Positions 12,201-23,809 of a stretch of 64,000 nucleotides of DNA are shown here, in pieces. The stretch is from Octopus vulgaris. Lineage: Eukaryota. Under the pieces are notes generated by a model that made no database searches, was not told the DNA's origin, and worked only from the letters and a program-made list of their open reading frames with translations. The stretch lies in assembly GCA_951406725.2 (NCBI GenBank), contig OX597823.1, positions 5,890,001 through 5,954,000 on the forward strand. The letters run 5' to 3'. Each line of letters opens with the position of its first letter. The stretch's first letter is position 1. Both the position numbers and the translations under genes were made by a program.

Positions 12201-15200
12201 TCACAAGAAGGAAAGGTATGCATAAGTGGGTTGGCTATGTCCCAGGTAGAGGCCACAGGTTATGGTCTATCATATACAGATATATTATGAATTATACTAT
12301 ACTGCTATGGTTTATATTATGTATTATAGTATAACATGATAATATAATATCAGTGTACTTATAACATAAAGTGCATAAGTTGGGCAGAATTAGTGTCAGC
12401 ACAGATAAAAATACCTTGTGGTGTTTAGTTACACGCCTTTAGTCTCTGATTTCAAATAGCAAAATCCCAATCTCACCTTTCATTACTGAATGGTTGGTAA
12501 AATAAGTATTAGTCACATACAGTGGTAGATATTTAATAATAATAATCCTTTCCACTAAAGGCACAAGGCCTGAAATTTGAAAGGAGGGGACTAGTTGATT
12601 ACATCGACCCCAGTATTTCACTGGTACTTAATTTATTGACCACGAAAGGCAAAGTCGACCTTCATCATCATCATTGTTCGACCGTGGTCAAGACAATAGA
12701 ATTTACCATGCTACACCAGACTTCACGGTCCATCATGGCATTACAGAGGTCCTGTTGCTGGATGCCTGTATCCCTGGAGATTACATCAGGGTAGGAGAGT
12801 GTGCGCGCTCTGGCATTGTGAGTAGATGGCTTCCAGAAGAGGAGAGTAGGAATTACGTCTTTTTCAGCTCTACAACTATGTCCAGCAAACTGGACTCTCC
12901 TACCTTTCACAAGAGATGACACAGTCGACCTTGGCGGAATTTGAACTCAGAACATAGTGATGGACGAAATAATAATGATAATAATCCTTTCTTCTATTGG
13001 TACATCACCTGAAACTTGGGATGGAGATAATTAATTACATTGACATTTACCCCCCACCTCCCGTTTTTAATTGGCATTTATTTCAATTCCCCTCCTTGGA
13101 ACCTTGGGTAAGAGTCTTCTACTATATATAGCCTTGGGTCGGCCAAAGTTTTGTGAGTGAATTTTGTAGATGGAAACTGGAAGAAGCCCGTTGTATATAT
13201 GTGTGTGTGTTCCACGACTGCTTGACATCAGTGTTGGTTTGTTTGCGTCCCCATAGTTTAGCGGTTCGATAAAAAGAGGGGAATGATAGAATAAGTTACC
13301 AGGCTTTAAAAAAAATACTGGGGTCAATTCATTCGACCAACAAAATTCTTCAAGGCGGTGCCCCAGCATGGCCGCAGTCTTATAACTGAAACTTGTATAA
13401 GATAAAAATGTGGCGAATTATGACCTTTTCGTTGAAGAGGTCATAATACAACCGAAAAATGTCCAGTTCTACCTATTTTTCCGAAAAGCTAATTAAAATA
13501 AAAACTAATTAAAACATCTCGTTCAGAGATTTATTATTAATTAAAATAATATTTGTCGTTATATTGGTCATTTTTTTTTTTTTTTTTTGTCCTTTCGCCT
13601 AATTATTTCCTGCCTGAAACATAGAAAGACTGTTGACGAAGCTCAACGGCTTCTCTCAAACATTCACAGAAAGTTGTCTCAATGCAGGGAGGTAACTCTG
13701 ACAGTTTTATCCTGTGAATTCGTCGATATTAAGGGAGAGAGTGTTTACGTCCTGAATTTAATTTCCGCCGAGGTCGACTTTGCCTTTCATCCTCTCAGGG
13801 ATGAAATAAATCGAACTCAGTCGAACTCTGGGGTCGATGTAATCGACTTGGCCCTTCCCTCTGAAATTCCTGGCCTTGTACCAAAATTTGAAACCAATAT
13901 TAAACGGAGAGAAAAAGAAATGGTTAATTTTTATAATAATCATCTTCTAAATTATAAGTTGTTTTTTAAAAATTATTTCTAATAATATAGGCGTAAGAGT
14001 GGCTGTGTGATAAGTAGCTTGCTTACGAACCACATGGTTCCGGGTTCAGTCCCACTGCATGGCACCTTGGGCAAGTGTCTTCTACTATAGCCTCAGGCCA
14101 ACCAAATCCTTGTGAATGGATTTGGTAGATGGAAACTGAAAGAAGCCTGTTGTATATATGTATATATATAAATGTATGTGTACGTGTATATGCTTGTGTG
14201 TCTGTGTTTGTCCCTACCACCATCGCTTGACAACCGATGCTGGTGTGTTTACGTCCCCGTAACTTAGCGGTTCAGCAAAAGAGACTGCTAGTATAAGTAC
14301 TAGGCTTACAAAGAATAAGTCATGGGGTCGATTTGCTTGACTAAAAGGCCGTGCTCCAGCATGGCCACAGTCAAATGACTGAAACAAGTAAAAGAGTGAA
14401 GAAGTTCCCCTTGCAGCTCCTTTGATTTGGGTTCTGCCCCACTGCACGGCTCTTTGGGCGAATGTCTTTTCCTGTTGAACAAATTTGGTAGACAGAAACC
14501 CGTCGAGTGTGTGTGTGTATTAATGTAGCTGCTTAATTTAAGTTCTAATTTACACGATCAAGGATTGTGATGTTCAGACTCATACGTTTTTACAACTGCT
14601 TGATAACCAGTGTTGGTTTGTTTACATTCCAGTAATTTATCAGTTCGGCACAAGAGACTGAAAGAATAAGTACCTAGGGTCAATCTGATTAATTACAAAT
14701 GCATCAAGCTGGTGCCCCAGTATGGCTCCAGTCTAATGACTGAAACAAGTAAAAGATACACGAGAGACACACATCTCTCTCTCTGTCTGTCTGTCTCTCT
14801 CTGTCTGTCTGTCTCTCTCCCTCTGTCTCCCCGTATCTCTCTCTCTCTGTCTCTCCCCCTCTCTCTCTCTCATACAATGATCTGTATGTTCTGTCTTTCC
14901 ACTCTCACTACCAACAGCCTTACTGCGTTCCAGCAAATGGACAAACTCCTGCTGTCTTCACATCACATTCTCAATCACTGCACAATTCATTCAACAGCCA
15001 AGACTAATTTCCTCCATGTCCCCTTTTCTCTGAAAGTCTTTCTCCCATTCAGAACATACCACTGGCCTGTTTTATGGCTGCAGTTCTTTCAGCTGGAACT
15101 GTTATTCTATGCCATATTATATCCTACGGATGCACTGCCAAGTGGTTAGGGTGTTGCACTCATGATTATGAGGTCATGGGTTCAATTCTTGAGCAAAAAC

Positions 15201-18200
15201 ACTTCATCTCATGTTACTCTGCAATCACTTCAACACCTGACATGTGGTACACCGTCCACCTGTTCAGACAATGTCGATTTGATGGAGGGAGTGAGCTAAT
15301 GTCCAGCATGCACATTTGATCACTATAAACAAAATCATTTGTGCAGTTCATTGGGCAAAGAAGCTGAACACTCTTGTGTCATCTTCAATGAGAGTGTCCA
15401 TCATATTATTAAATTACATTACATTATATTTCCTATTTTATATTATATCAAATTATATTAAATTATATTTCCTATTTTATATTATATTACATTATTTTAT
15501 ATTATATTACATATTATATTATATTCTATTGTTTGCTATGTTTTGCCCTTTATAGAGTCTGGGGTAAATTTCAAAAGTTTGATTCCTACTTTCAGTTCTT
15601 GTCAGTCAGACGAATAACAAATCTGCCTCCCAAAGGAATTCCTACCAAGTGAACCCCAATGAAGATGATGGGCTTTCTTGCACCCCGTCTATTAGTGAAA
15701 TCTCAAGCCCAACACCCTCAAGAGAAGTGACCCCAAGTAGATGTGTTGAGACTGTTTATCGTCAGCACCAACAACAACAACAACATCGCCAGCAGCAACA
15801 ACAAAAATCTGAAGAGTTTTTAGATTCCAAAAGACAAAATCTGGTTTGTAATTCTTGTAAAGACTCTCTGAAACATCTTCTGATGAATCTCTCCTCTCAG
15901 TCTTTCATTTTCTTTCATAGAAGCTTTTTATTATTGTCAAGTAATATCCCTTAATAACCTGTTGTGTGAATGAATCACCTTCTTCCTGGGGTGATTCAAG
16001 TGTGTGTGGGGGGGATATGCAGGTGTGGTTGAGAAACTCACTTCACAACAACATAGTTTTGGGTTCTGGCCCTCTGTGCGGTCAGTACCTCAAGTAAGTA
16101 TCTTCTTCTACAGCCCAAGGCCAACCAAAATATCGTGATTGGATTTGACAGATGGAAATTAAAATATGCCCATTTTGTGTGTGTGTGTGTGTGTGCATGT
16201 GCGTGTCTCCTTGTCTTGACATTATGTGATAATTATAAATGAGTGTCACAGTAATACAAGCCATGGCATTCGTTTCTAGTCTCCCATGGAAACATGGCTG
16301 GCCATGGGAGAAATATTACCCTGTTTGAGAACAGGGAAAGGTTGGTGACAGGAAGGAGAGCTGATCATGGAAAACCTTCCTCAACCAATTCTATTTGACC
16401 CTTGCAAGCATGGAAAAGATTATAATGAAACAATGGTGATGATGTCTGTGTGTTTTCCATACAGCAGCTTGGCAGTTTAAACAGCAACTGATGGTCCACA
16501 TTGTAAACAAAGATATTTCGCATAGTTTGGTATAAAACTTAATTAGTCTAATTAGTTTAATCATTTGGTTGCCTTGCTGCAGTGCACTGAATGGTTGATG
16601 CTAATATTTGTGGTATGCTACGAGAGTAAATGAACAGGTTCTGCTTTCAACTCCAAGTTGATGTCTAAAGTTACAGGCCGGATAAAATAGTAACACTCAT
16701 CAAAAGTATTAAATGTCTTCAGTTGCTGAACAAATCAACAGACAATAGTGTGTGTGTGTTTGTGTGTGTCTGTTTGTGTGTGTGTGTTTGTGTGTGCATG
16801 CACTCTCACACATATTGAGTTACAGGTTGACTCAGCCTCTCGTCTTACTTAAAGTTTTGTTGATGTGAAAAAAACACGACCAGCTTCACAGATGTCTGTG
16901 GGGAGCTGCTTGGGTTCTTTTTTCATGTCCGTGAAACTTTAAGTAACGCAAGGAGTCTCAGCAACATGTTACTTGATATATACGACTCTATGTTTTGAGT
17001 ACTACTTCTGTGTGTGCTTTATTCACTTCTCTCTCTCTCTCTCTAAGATATATATATATAATCACTGTGACCGACCAGGCTATCAGATGTTGCTACACAT
17101 CGCTGGTCACAATGCACTTCACATTGTTTTAGCCTTCAAATGACACCACCCTGCTGGCTAGGCGAGCAGGCCAACAGAAGAAAGAGTGAGAGAAAGTTGC
17201 AGCGAAAGAGTACACCGGGAATCGCCACCACCCCCTGCCGGAGCCTCGTGGAGCTTTAGGTGTTTTCGCTCAATAAACACTCACAATGCCCGGTCTGGGA
17301 ATCGAAACCGCGATCCTACGACCACGAGTCCACTGCCCTACTCACTGGGCCATTGCGCCTCCATCTATGTGTGTATGTGTGTGTGTGTCTGTGTTTGTCC
17401 CCACCATCACCACCACCATCGCTTGACAACCAGTGTTGGTGTGTTTTATGTCCCCTGTAACTTAGCAGCTCAGCAAAAGAGACTGATATAACAAGTACTA
17501 GGCTTACAAAGAACAAGTCCTGGGGTCGATCTGTTTGACTAAAGGCGGTGCTCCAGCATGGCTGCAGTCAAATGATGAAACAAGTAAAGAATAAAAGAAT
17601 ATATATTTTATTAGTGTATGTATGTATGTTTGTGTGTATGTGTAGTAAATAGATTAATTTTCAGTTTTTGGCAATTAGTTTTCCAGTTGTTTGATCAGCT
17701 GAACTGCCAACTCATTGAATTATAATGTAACTGGCTGAGTATTCCTTAGATGCTCATATTCTTAATGTAATCTTCATGCAAAATCAACATGGTGTGTGTG
17801 TGATAAAACTGGCCTTTTTAAATTTCAGTTATCCATTCAATGGGCTTCCCCACAGTTTCTCTCTATCCTTTTACACTCACAAGAATTAGGGAGGGCAGCC
17901 TGAGACACTTGCCCAAGATGTCAAGCTGTTGAATGAAAGATAAGACCTCATTACTCCAAAGAGAAGTTCTTAATCGTTTACCTGTAAATGTAGTGAGAGA
18001 AGGAGACAGTAAAACAGAGGGGGAGGCAGAGATAAAAAGAGGGAGTGTTGTTTTCTCTATTAACCTAATTTTGCTTTTCTGTTTTTCACCAGATCCAAGT
18101 GTCCATTAACAAAAATCCTGGATTAGGATTTAGTATAGCCGGTGGGATCGGATCTTACGGCAACCCTTTCAAGCCAGATGACATTGTGAGTTGGTTTTCC

Positions 18201-21200
18201 TTGTTTTCTATATTATTTTCATTAACATCTCCACAGAAATGTATTCTTGAATATTTGTGTCGGAAGAGAGTGACAATTTCATATTTAATTAATGTTCTTT
18301 AATTATAATTCTTGGGTTGTTTCTCTCTCATCCCTCTTTTTTGTTTTTTTTACTAAAATTAGTAATTTAAATCCCTTTACTTATTGGATTAGGAAGGCAT
18401 TAGGAAGGGCATCCAGCCATAAAAACCCTGCCAAAACTTGATGCAGTCCTCTGGTTTACCAGTTCCTGTCAAACCATCCGACCCATGTCAGCATGGAAGA
18501 CAGATGTTAAATAATGATGATGATGATGAATTGGTGGTATGAATGTACATGAGGTATTAGTGTACCTCTGCTTTGCATCTCTAAGAGAGGGGTCTTCAGT
18601 TTCTAACCCCAACTCCTTCCCAACCTCAGCCACTTGGTCCTTAGCATACTTCTAGTGCCTAAATTCCATTTCCGTTACTTTTTATATTTACTATGCTTCT
18701 GACCGGAATCAGTTCAACTTGACCTCTGTTGCCACTGAAGTAGCTGACCGTATTCTTAGAACTTCTCTGCAAAACCTTATCTTCCAAACACTGCAAACTG
18801 AAATTGGATTTCCAAAGTTTTTGTTTAGAAATGTCAAATTTCAACAACCTGATCAGTCATAAAGAATCTGGTCAGCTGCCTCAGTGACCGTATTGGTGAG
18901 ATAAAGAGGAACTAATTAAGACTACAAACGCAAAAGTAGACATAGGCGCAACCACATGGTTCCAGGTTCAGTCCCACTGCATGGCATCTTGGGCAAGTGT
19001 CTTCTGCTATAGCCCCGGGCCGACCAATGCCTTGTGAGTGGATTTGGTAGACGGAAACTGAAAGAAGCCTGTCGTATATATGTATATATATGTGTCTGTG
19101 TTTGTCCCCCCAAAATCACTTGACAACCGATGCTGGTGTGTTTACGTCCCCGTCATTTAGCGGTTCTGCAAAAGAGACCGATAGAATAAGTACTGGGCTT
19201 ACAAAGAATAAGTCCCGGGGTCGATTTACCCGACTAAAGGCGGTGCTCCAGCATGGCCGCAGTCAAATGACTGAAACAAGTAAAAGAGTAAAAGAGTAAA
19301 AGAGTAAAAGAGTAAAGAGTATAAGATAGAATGAGTGAAGGAATGCAAGTACCTTGCCTGTGGGTCAGATTAAAATAATTGGTCAACTAGCTTGGCTAAA
19401 GTAGATCTGGTCAGCTATAGCACTGACCACACAGGGTGGCTAAGGAAAGGAATGGCCAGGTATACTTTAGGTATTATAACTGACCAAATACTTTGGACTG
19501 ACCTTGTTGATCACCTCAAGTATTTGGTCAACTCCCTTAGCTATAGTAGGAATGGTCAGCTATGATATGACCACATAGGTCAAATAAAGTGGAACTAATT
19601 AAGACTACAAATGTTGTAGATGTAAGGGACAGTAAGTAAAGTAATGTAAGTACTCGGTCTATGGGTCACTCTAAGGTAAGTTGCTTAGCTACCTTAGCTA
19701 AAGTAAATCTGGTCAGCTATCAGAGTGACCCAATAGGTCAACTAAAATAGATTTGTGACCATAAACATAGTAGTTAAAAGGCACAATAAAGAAAGGAATG
19801 TAAGTATTAGGCCTGTAGGTCAGTCTCAAATATTTGGTCAGCAAGCTCATCTATAGTAGTTCTGGTCAGCTGTTTCAGTGGCCAAATTGGTTAGATTAAC
19901 GATCATCTGATTGAGACTATAAACAAGAAACAAAGAGAGAATGAAGACTTCATGAAGAGTCTCCAAGAAAGTTCAGACAAATGGAAACCCTTGCTCCCTC
20001 TGTACTCACTCTTTCAGTGACACTTTAGATGGGACCGAATACAACAATAGTAGGGCACTAGTCCTTAAACTGGGAAGCAGTGACCCCTTGGAGTGTTGTA
20101 AACTCATAAGGAATGGAAAATGGAAAAAAGGGGGTACATGGGTAGTTGACTATGTCTACTCTGGTAGTTGATTCTGAACAGTACTGTCACTGACGGGAAT
20201 TCTGTGTATACACAATGCACAGTATTCAGCTGTATTTCTCATTGGATTATGTAACTCAAAATGGTCACTCTATTAGACGGGTGTCTGCTGCTTAGCTTCG
20301 ATATACTAATGGAAAATATATACAAGCACTTTTCTTTGGTAGCTAATAAACACATACATATATGTGGTGGTGGTGGTGGTGGTGATGGTGGTGGGGTATA
20401 GTAAAATACAGAAAGTAATAAAAGGAATATCAGTAGAAATGTGTGTGTGTGTGTGTGTGTGCATGTGTGTTAAGAATTTGCATTAATGTATGAATCTAAT
20501 ATAAACGCTAATCTTAATTTTTTTTTTAAATAAGAAATAAAAGTTACTGACCCATTTATGGCAGTTCTGCTTGTAATGTCACCCACACCAAGGCACACAC
20601 ACTAAGGTATCATTTGGTTGTCTTTCTAGGGTATCTTCATCACTAAAGTCCAGCCTGAAGGTCCAGCACTGAACACCCTTTTTCCTGGAGACAAGATTCT
20701 AAAAGTTAGTCTTTTTTACTTTCAGTTTCAGTTTATAAAATTTTCTAAAATATTCAGACTCTTTTTTTCAGGCTATCATCAGTTTGGTTCAGAGATAAAT
20801 ATACTGGTGTCTGTATTTTCACACATACACACACACACATGAGCACGCACACACACACACACACAATAGATGTTCAGCATGCAATATAAAAACACATGAG
20901 TTGATTCCAGTCGGATGAAGTATCACTGAAATATAGTCAATGGCACAAATTGTGTAGCTTTTCACATGGAATCATTTCTGTGGCATTAGAAATGGACTGG
21001 GACAGAAGTAACTGGCGCTATTAACAAAGTTTATATAGTTCTATATTTAATAAATAAGGAATTATTTACATTTGACGGATATTTGTCCTCGTCTTGTTTG
21101 TTAACACAACATTTCAACTGATATACCCTCCAGCCTTCATCAGATATCTTGGGGAAATTTTGAACCTGGATTCTCATTCCTAAGGTATTTTTCAATGGTT

Positions 21201-21953
21201 CAAGATTTCCCCAAGACACCTGATGAAGGCTGGAGGGTATATTAGCCTATTAGCCAAAACGTTGTGTTAACAACAAACAAGATGAGGACAAATATCCATC
21301 AAATGTAAACAATGTAAATAACAAAGTTGTGCTATATTCATTCGTTATTTTCTTTTCCCACCACATGGTTCTGGGTTCAGTCCCACTGCGAGGCACAGTG
21401 TGTCTCAGAATGTGATAAAGCCGACCCTTTAAAATACAGATGCCACTCATTTTGGTCAGCTGAGTTGACTGAAGCAAGGTAGAATAAAGTGTCTGGCTCA
21501 AGGACACACCACACTGCCAGAAATTGAACTCACAACCATATGGGTGGGAGTTGAATTCCCTAACCACTTAGCCATGTGCCTTCATCCAAAGACAACATGC
21601 AGCCTGCTCTGGGAATCAAACCCTTGGCCTTACTACTGTGAGCCTAACACCCAAACCACTAGGCTACACAATGGAAATAAATGGTCAGATGAATTTGTCA
21701 GAACATTACCACCTCATCACACTCATGTTATGTTAGCCCTCATGTTTATCCCCTTTCTGTTTCTGATACCATGTATTGTTCTTCTGAGTTATTGTCCATC
21801 GTTCTTCTAATGAGTTCTAGCATAAAATCAAAATCACCATTACACTTCTCGTTGCAGGTGAATGGCGTCGACTTCAGCAACATTGAACACACCAGAGCTG
21901 TTGACATTTTGAGGAACAGCAACCCTGTTATGTTGTTGGTAGAACGAAGCTGA
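654..21953 (+). CDS. ERBIN/LRRC7-like: LAP-family (LRR and PDZ) protein, Erbin/Densin-180(LRRC7)-like, 3' part; join(654..757,1827..1955,5737..5860,7162..8189,9330..10095,15596..15843,18093..18185,20630..20704,21858..21953); LRR exons lie upstream of the window
   Basis: All introns are GT-AG with compatible phases. [39 protein letters not shown] resembles the Erbin/Densin post-LRR segment (WEEQR..Q.AF; LKRYPTPYP). The single C-terminal PDZ ([38 protein letters not shown]...[21 protein letters not shown]) resembles the Erbin PDZ. Confidence 0.92.
1827..1955 (+). CDS. Erbin-like exon [25 protein letters not shown]...FEQE
   Basis: tttcag| ... |gtatgt; 43 codons; PTPYP motif of LAP proteins. Confidence 0.92.
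2156..5062. repeat. 45-bp minisatellite, ~64.6 copies (AGTAAAACTGACCATCAAAAGTTGTTAGGATGGCTTTACATATTC), intronic in the Erbin-like gene
   Basis: Exact 45-nt period; three unit variants; degenerate unit at 2117. Confidence 0.98.
5265..5484. mobile_element. piggyBac-type MITE
   Basis: TTAA|CCTTTTAGCA...TGCTAAAGGG|TTAA; related copies at 51967-52190 and 23005-23850. Confidence 0.75.
5737..5860 (+). CDS. Erbin-like exon [41 protein letters not shown]
   Basis: Open frame. It supplies the phase 0->1 bridge needed between exons 1827-1955 and 7162-8189. The acceptor (aaaaag|) is weak; donor |gtaaaa. Confidence 0.7.
6606..6980 (+). mobile_element. tRNA(Arg)-like-headed SINE (octopus OR1/OR2-like) with (CAACAG)n tail, nested in another retroposon
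   Basis: Head GCAATGGCCCAGTGGTTAGGG...GGTTTCGATTCCC; 12-bp TSD CCAGCTTCTGCA at 6594-6605 and 6981-6992. Confidence 0.8.
7162..8189 (+). CDS. Erbin-like large disordered Ser/His/Tyr-rich exon
   Basis: 357-aa ORF 7128..8201; ctgttttcag| acceptor, |gtaagt donor; phase 1->0. Confidence 0.9.
8202..8411. mobile_element. Decayed piggyBac-type MITE
   Basis: TTAA|CCCTTTT ... AAAATGG|TTAA; a similar sequence lies at 61740-61910. Confidence 0.55.
8862..9077 (+). mobile_element. Short (TA)n-flanked repeat, Penelope-like-element end, hammerhead-bearing (family A copy 1)
   Basis: Direct-repeat copy at 10735-10927; contains the hammerhead-like motif at 8940-8977. Confidence 0.7.
8940..8977 (+). ncRNA. 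Minimal type I hammerhead ribozyme-like motif, variant core CUGUUGA
   Basis: UCUUU-CUGUUGA-A-GAGC(GUAG)GCUC-GAAAC-GUU-AAAGA: stem I 5/5, stem II 4/4, palindromic AC/GU stem III. Confidence 0.65.
9330..10095 (+). CDS. Erbin-like disordered polyQ/Ser-rich exon
   Basis: 290-aa ORF 9237..10109; ttattgcag| acceptor, |gtaagt donor; phase 0->1. Confidence 0.9.
10735..10927 (+). mobile_element. Family A copy 2, with degenerate hammerhead-like motif at 10792-10829
   Basis: UCUUU-CUGUCGA-A-GACC(GUAG)ACUC-GAAAC-GUA-AAAGA; stem II has two mismatches. Confidence 0.65.
11730..12266 (-). mobile_element. Retroposon (SINE) with (GAT)n tail and internal ~65-bp subrepeats
   Basis: CATCATC...CCATGCTAGCATGGGTTGG...GGATGCCCTTCCTAACGCC; tandem GTGCCACCGGCA subunits. 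Confidence 0.7.
12663..12922 (-). mobile_element. 5'-truncated RTE-clade LINE 3' end inserted into a SINE
   Basis: [12 protein letters not shown]...LLFWKP....DREVW typical of the RTE C-terminus; (TGA)n tail; 10-bp TSD AGTCGACCTT at 12653-12662 and 12923-12932. Confidence 0.85.
13988..14400 (+). mobile_element. Full-length tRNA-derived SINE of the dominant family (internal (TA/TG)n, 3' ...GACTGAAACAAGTAAAAGA)
   Basis: Near-identical copies at about 13095-13400, 17400-17600, 18942-19320 and 31895-32215. Confidence 0.85.
15596..15843 (+). CDS. Erbin-like exon (V)[42 protein letters not shown]...DSKRQNL
   Basis: ctttcag| acceptor, |gtttgt donor; phase 1->0 matches both neighbours. Confidence 0.8.
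17062..17362 (-). mobile_element. tRNA(Arg)-like-headed SINE, same head as 6606 but a different tail
   Basis: Reverse complement GGAGGCGCAATGGCCCAGTG...GGTTTCGATTCCCAGACCGGGC. Confidence 0.8.
18093..18185 (+). CDS. PDZ exon 1 [31 protein letters not shown]
   Basis: GLGF carboxylate-binding loop; ttcaccag| and |gtgagt. Confidence 0.95.
18860..19925. repeat. Old diverged ~155-bp tandem repeat (5 units) interrupted by a SINE
   Basis: GGTCAGCT anchors at 18870, 19409, 19554, 19711 and 19864; shared GGAACTAATTAAGACTACAAA and GGAATGTAAGTA blocks. Confidence 0.7.
18942..19320 (+). mobile_element. Dominant-family SINE with (AAAGAGT)n tail
   Basis: Matches 13988-14400. Confidence 0.85.
20630..20704 (+). 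CDS. PDZ exon 2 [25 protein letters not shown]
   Basis: Not in the ORF track; read directly. tctttctag| and |gttagt; PDZ betaC-alphaA-betaD. Confidence 0.95.
21036..21322. mobile_element. Inverted pair of hammerhead-bearing PLE-like ends (family B); motifs at 21103-21148 (-) and 21215-21268 (+), both mutated
   Basis: CTGATGAAGGCTGGAGGGTATAT on both strands; same family as 55205-55885. Confidence 0.75.
21858..21953 (+). CDS. PDZ exon 3 / last coding exon [31 protein letters not shown]
   Basis: gttgcag| acceptor; TGA at 21951-21953. Confidence 0.95.
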   Translation: MNGVDFSNIEHTRAVDILRNSNPVMLLVERS

Positions 21954-22248
21954 AAGCAGAAACACTGAAGAAGGCCACGGGGCCACAGTTCTGTCATCAA
22001 CACTTAAAGAATTGTCAATCGGGAGCCGAGCGGAATAGCTCAGTGTTGGAGCTACCAGGCTAGTCCAGATTTATTGAGGAGAAAGTTTAATATACAGAAC
22101 CCTACTGGTTCAAGCATTGGTTCTAGGTTTGAGCTCTTTTTAAGGGCCAGTGAAGAGAAATGCAGAGTTTTGTTAGTGAAAGTTTTAACCTTTCTAAGCT
22201 CCAGTGAAAATGTAAGAGGTTTGCTGATCTGACTTGGAAACTTGCCAC

Positions 22249-22286
22249 GGTTGGTTGGTTGGTTGGCTGGCTGGTTGGCTGACTGA

Positions 22287-22321
<35 letters not shown>

Positions 22322-22576
22322 GTTGGTTGGTTGGCTGGCTGGCTGGCTGCCTGGCTGACTGACTGGCTGGCTGGTTGGTTGGCTGGCTGGTTGGCTGGCT
22401 GACTGCCTGGCTGACTGCCTGGCTGACTGCCTGGTTGACTGACTGGCTGGCTGGTTGGCTGGCTGGCTGGTTGGCTGGCTGGTTGGTTGGTTGGCTGGTT
22501 GGTTGGCTGGTTGGTTGGCTGGCTGGCTGGTTGGCTGGCTGATTGGCTGGCTGGCTGACTGGTTGGCTGGCTGGCT
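22249..22576. repeat. (GGCT/GGTT/GACT)n tetranucleotide microsatellite, ~300 bp downstream of the Erbin-like stop
   Basis: Direct reading. Confidence 0.95.
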
Positions 22577-23062
22577 ACTTAAGGAAAGGCTTTATGGGTT
22601 TCAAATCTTCACTGTTACAAACCCAGTCGGGGTTCATTAACCAAACCATATATTTCACCAATGTCATTTTGATAAAACACCAAATAAATATTAGACAATA
22701 TGTTTCAATTTTGATTGGATAATTTAATATAGTTAGCAGCCAATCAGAACTGACTAGGGTCTGTCACTGTTGGCAACAACAGCAATAAAACACGAAACTC
22801 ATGATTAACTGTAATGTCTACCCAGAGGAATCGATCTGTGATCTGTGCATCAAATCATTCAACTAACCTCCAACACATTGCATAATGTAGTCCTAGGTAC
22901 ATAATGTGGTCTTAAGTACGCTATGTCTTATGTCTGAAAACTAAGATATAACAGGTTGGTCACAATTTGAATGTCTTTGATCATTAGGGCTGATTGGAGA
23001 TTAACCCTTCAGCATTCAGATTTCTCTCATTCTGATTTTATTCCTATTTTTTTTTGGATTAA

Positions 23063-23809
23063 CCCTTTCGTTACCAAACCACCCCAAAAAAATTTTGGTT
23101 AATGTGACCAAGCCGCCCCAAACCGCCCGAATTTACCTATTCATATTTAAATGAGAATATCAGAGTAAATCTCTTTAGTACATTCGTGAAAACACGTATT
23201 ATACTTCGTAAACAGTTCAACTACAGTTTTGTACCAAAATCGAAGTGTAATTTTAATTCCGTGAATTATGGGAGATTTTTTTCCGAAATTTGTTCCTATT
23301 GTGTTTTCAAAATTTGTAATTCTGACAAAAATGGATACGAATTTCATTATATCAAGCAGCGAGTCAGAATTCGAAGGATTTTCTACTGAAGACCTTCATA
23401 AATCTAACTCTATGACTGAAAAAAAAAAGCATGTGGTATTTGATAATGAATCTGATGTTTCATTTTCCGAAAGTGAAAACAGTGAATCCGAGAGCTCCGA
23501 CAGCGATAAAGAAAACGATTTGGCACCTGAATGGAGTGAAAATTTAAAAACTGTTTCTTTCGGTGATTTTTCTGAAGAAACTGGACCAAGCCACAGACTT
23601 TCCCAGAAGAGTAAAGCCTTAGACTATTTCTTTTTACTTTTTCGAATGAGAACATTTCATTAAATTATCTTCCAAAATTCATGTTAATATATTGATAAAT
23701 AAAAAAGTTATAGTTGTTTAATGAAACCAGACTAAATTTATGATTACGTTAGAAATTAATTGAAACACATAAGGGGTGTATTTTGGTCAGAAATATAGTA
23801 ACGAAAGGG
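23063..23809 (+). mobile_element. Internally deleted piggyBac transposon retaining the acidic N-terminus of the transposase (ORF from 23331)
   Basis: TTAA TSDs at 23059-62 and 23810-13; TIR CCCTTTCGTTAC / GTAACGAAAGGG; ORF ...FSEETGPSHRL..S.ALDYFFLLF resembles the PGBD4-type N-terminus; nested in an older MITE starting at 23005. Confidence 0.88.

Noticed and set aside
11778-12334. Overlapping 98-146 aa ORFs
   Set aside because: They lie within a GC-richer SINE and contain no recognisable domain
13417-13447. 13-bp hairpin ATTATGACCTTTT/AAGAGGTCATAAT as a regulatory site
   Set aside because: Single short instance with no supporting context
13625-13691. Possible cassette exon (catag|...gggag|gtaact) in the Erbin-like intron
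   Set aside because: 67 nt and not frame-preserving between phase-1 neighbours; GGGAGGTAAC recurs elsewhere in non-exonic sequence
22455-22640. W/L/A/G repeat ORF
   Set aside because: Translation of the (GGCT)n microsatellite
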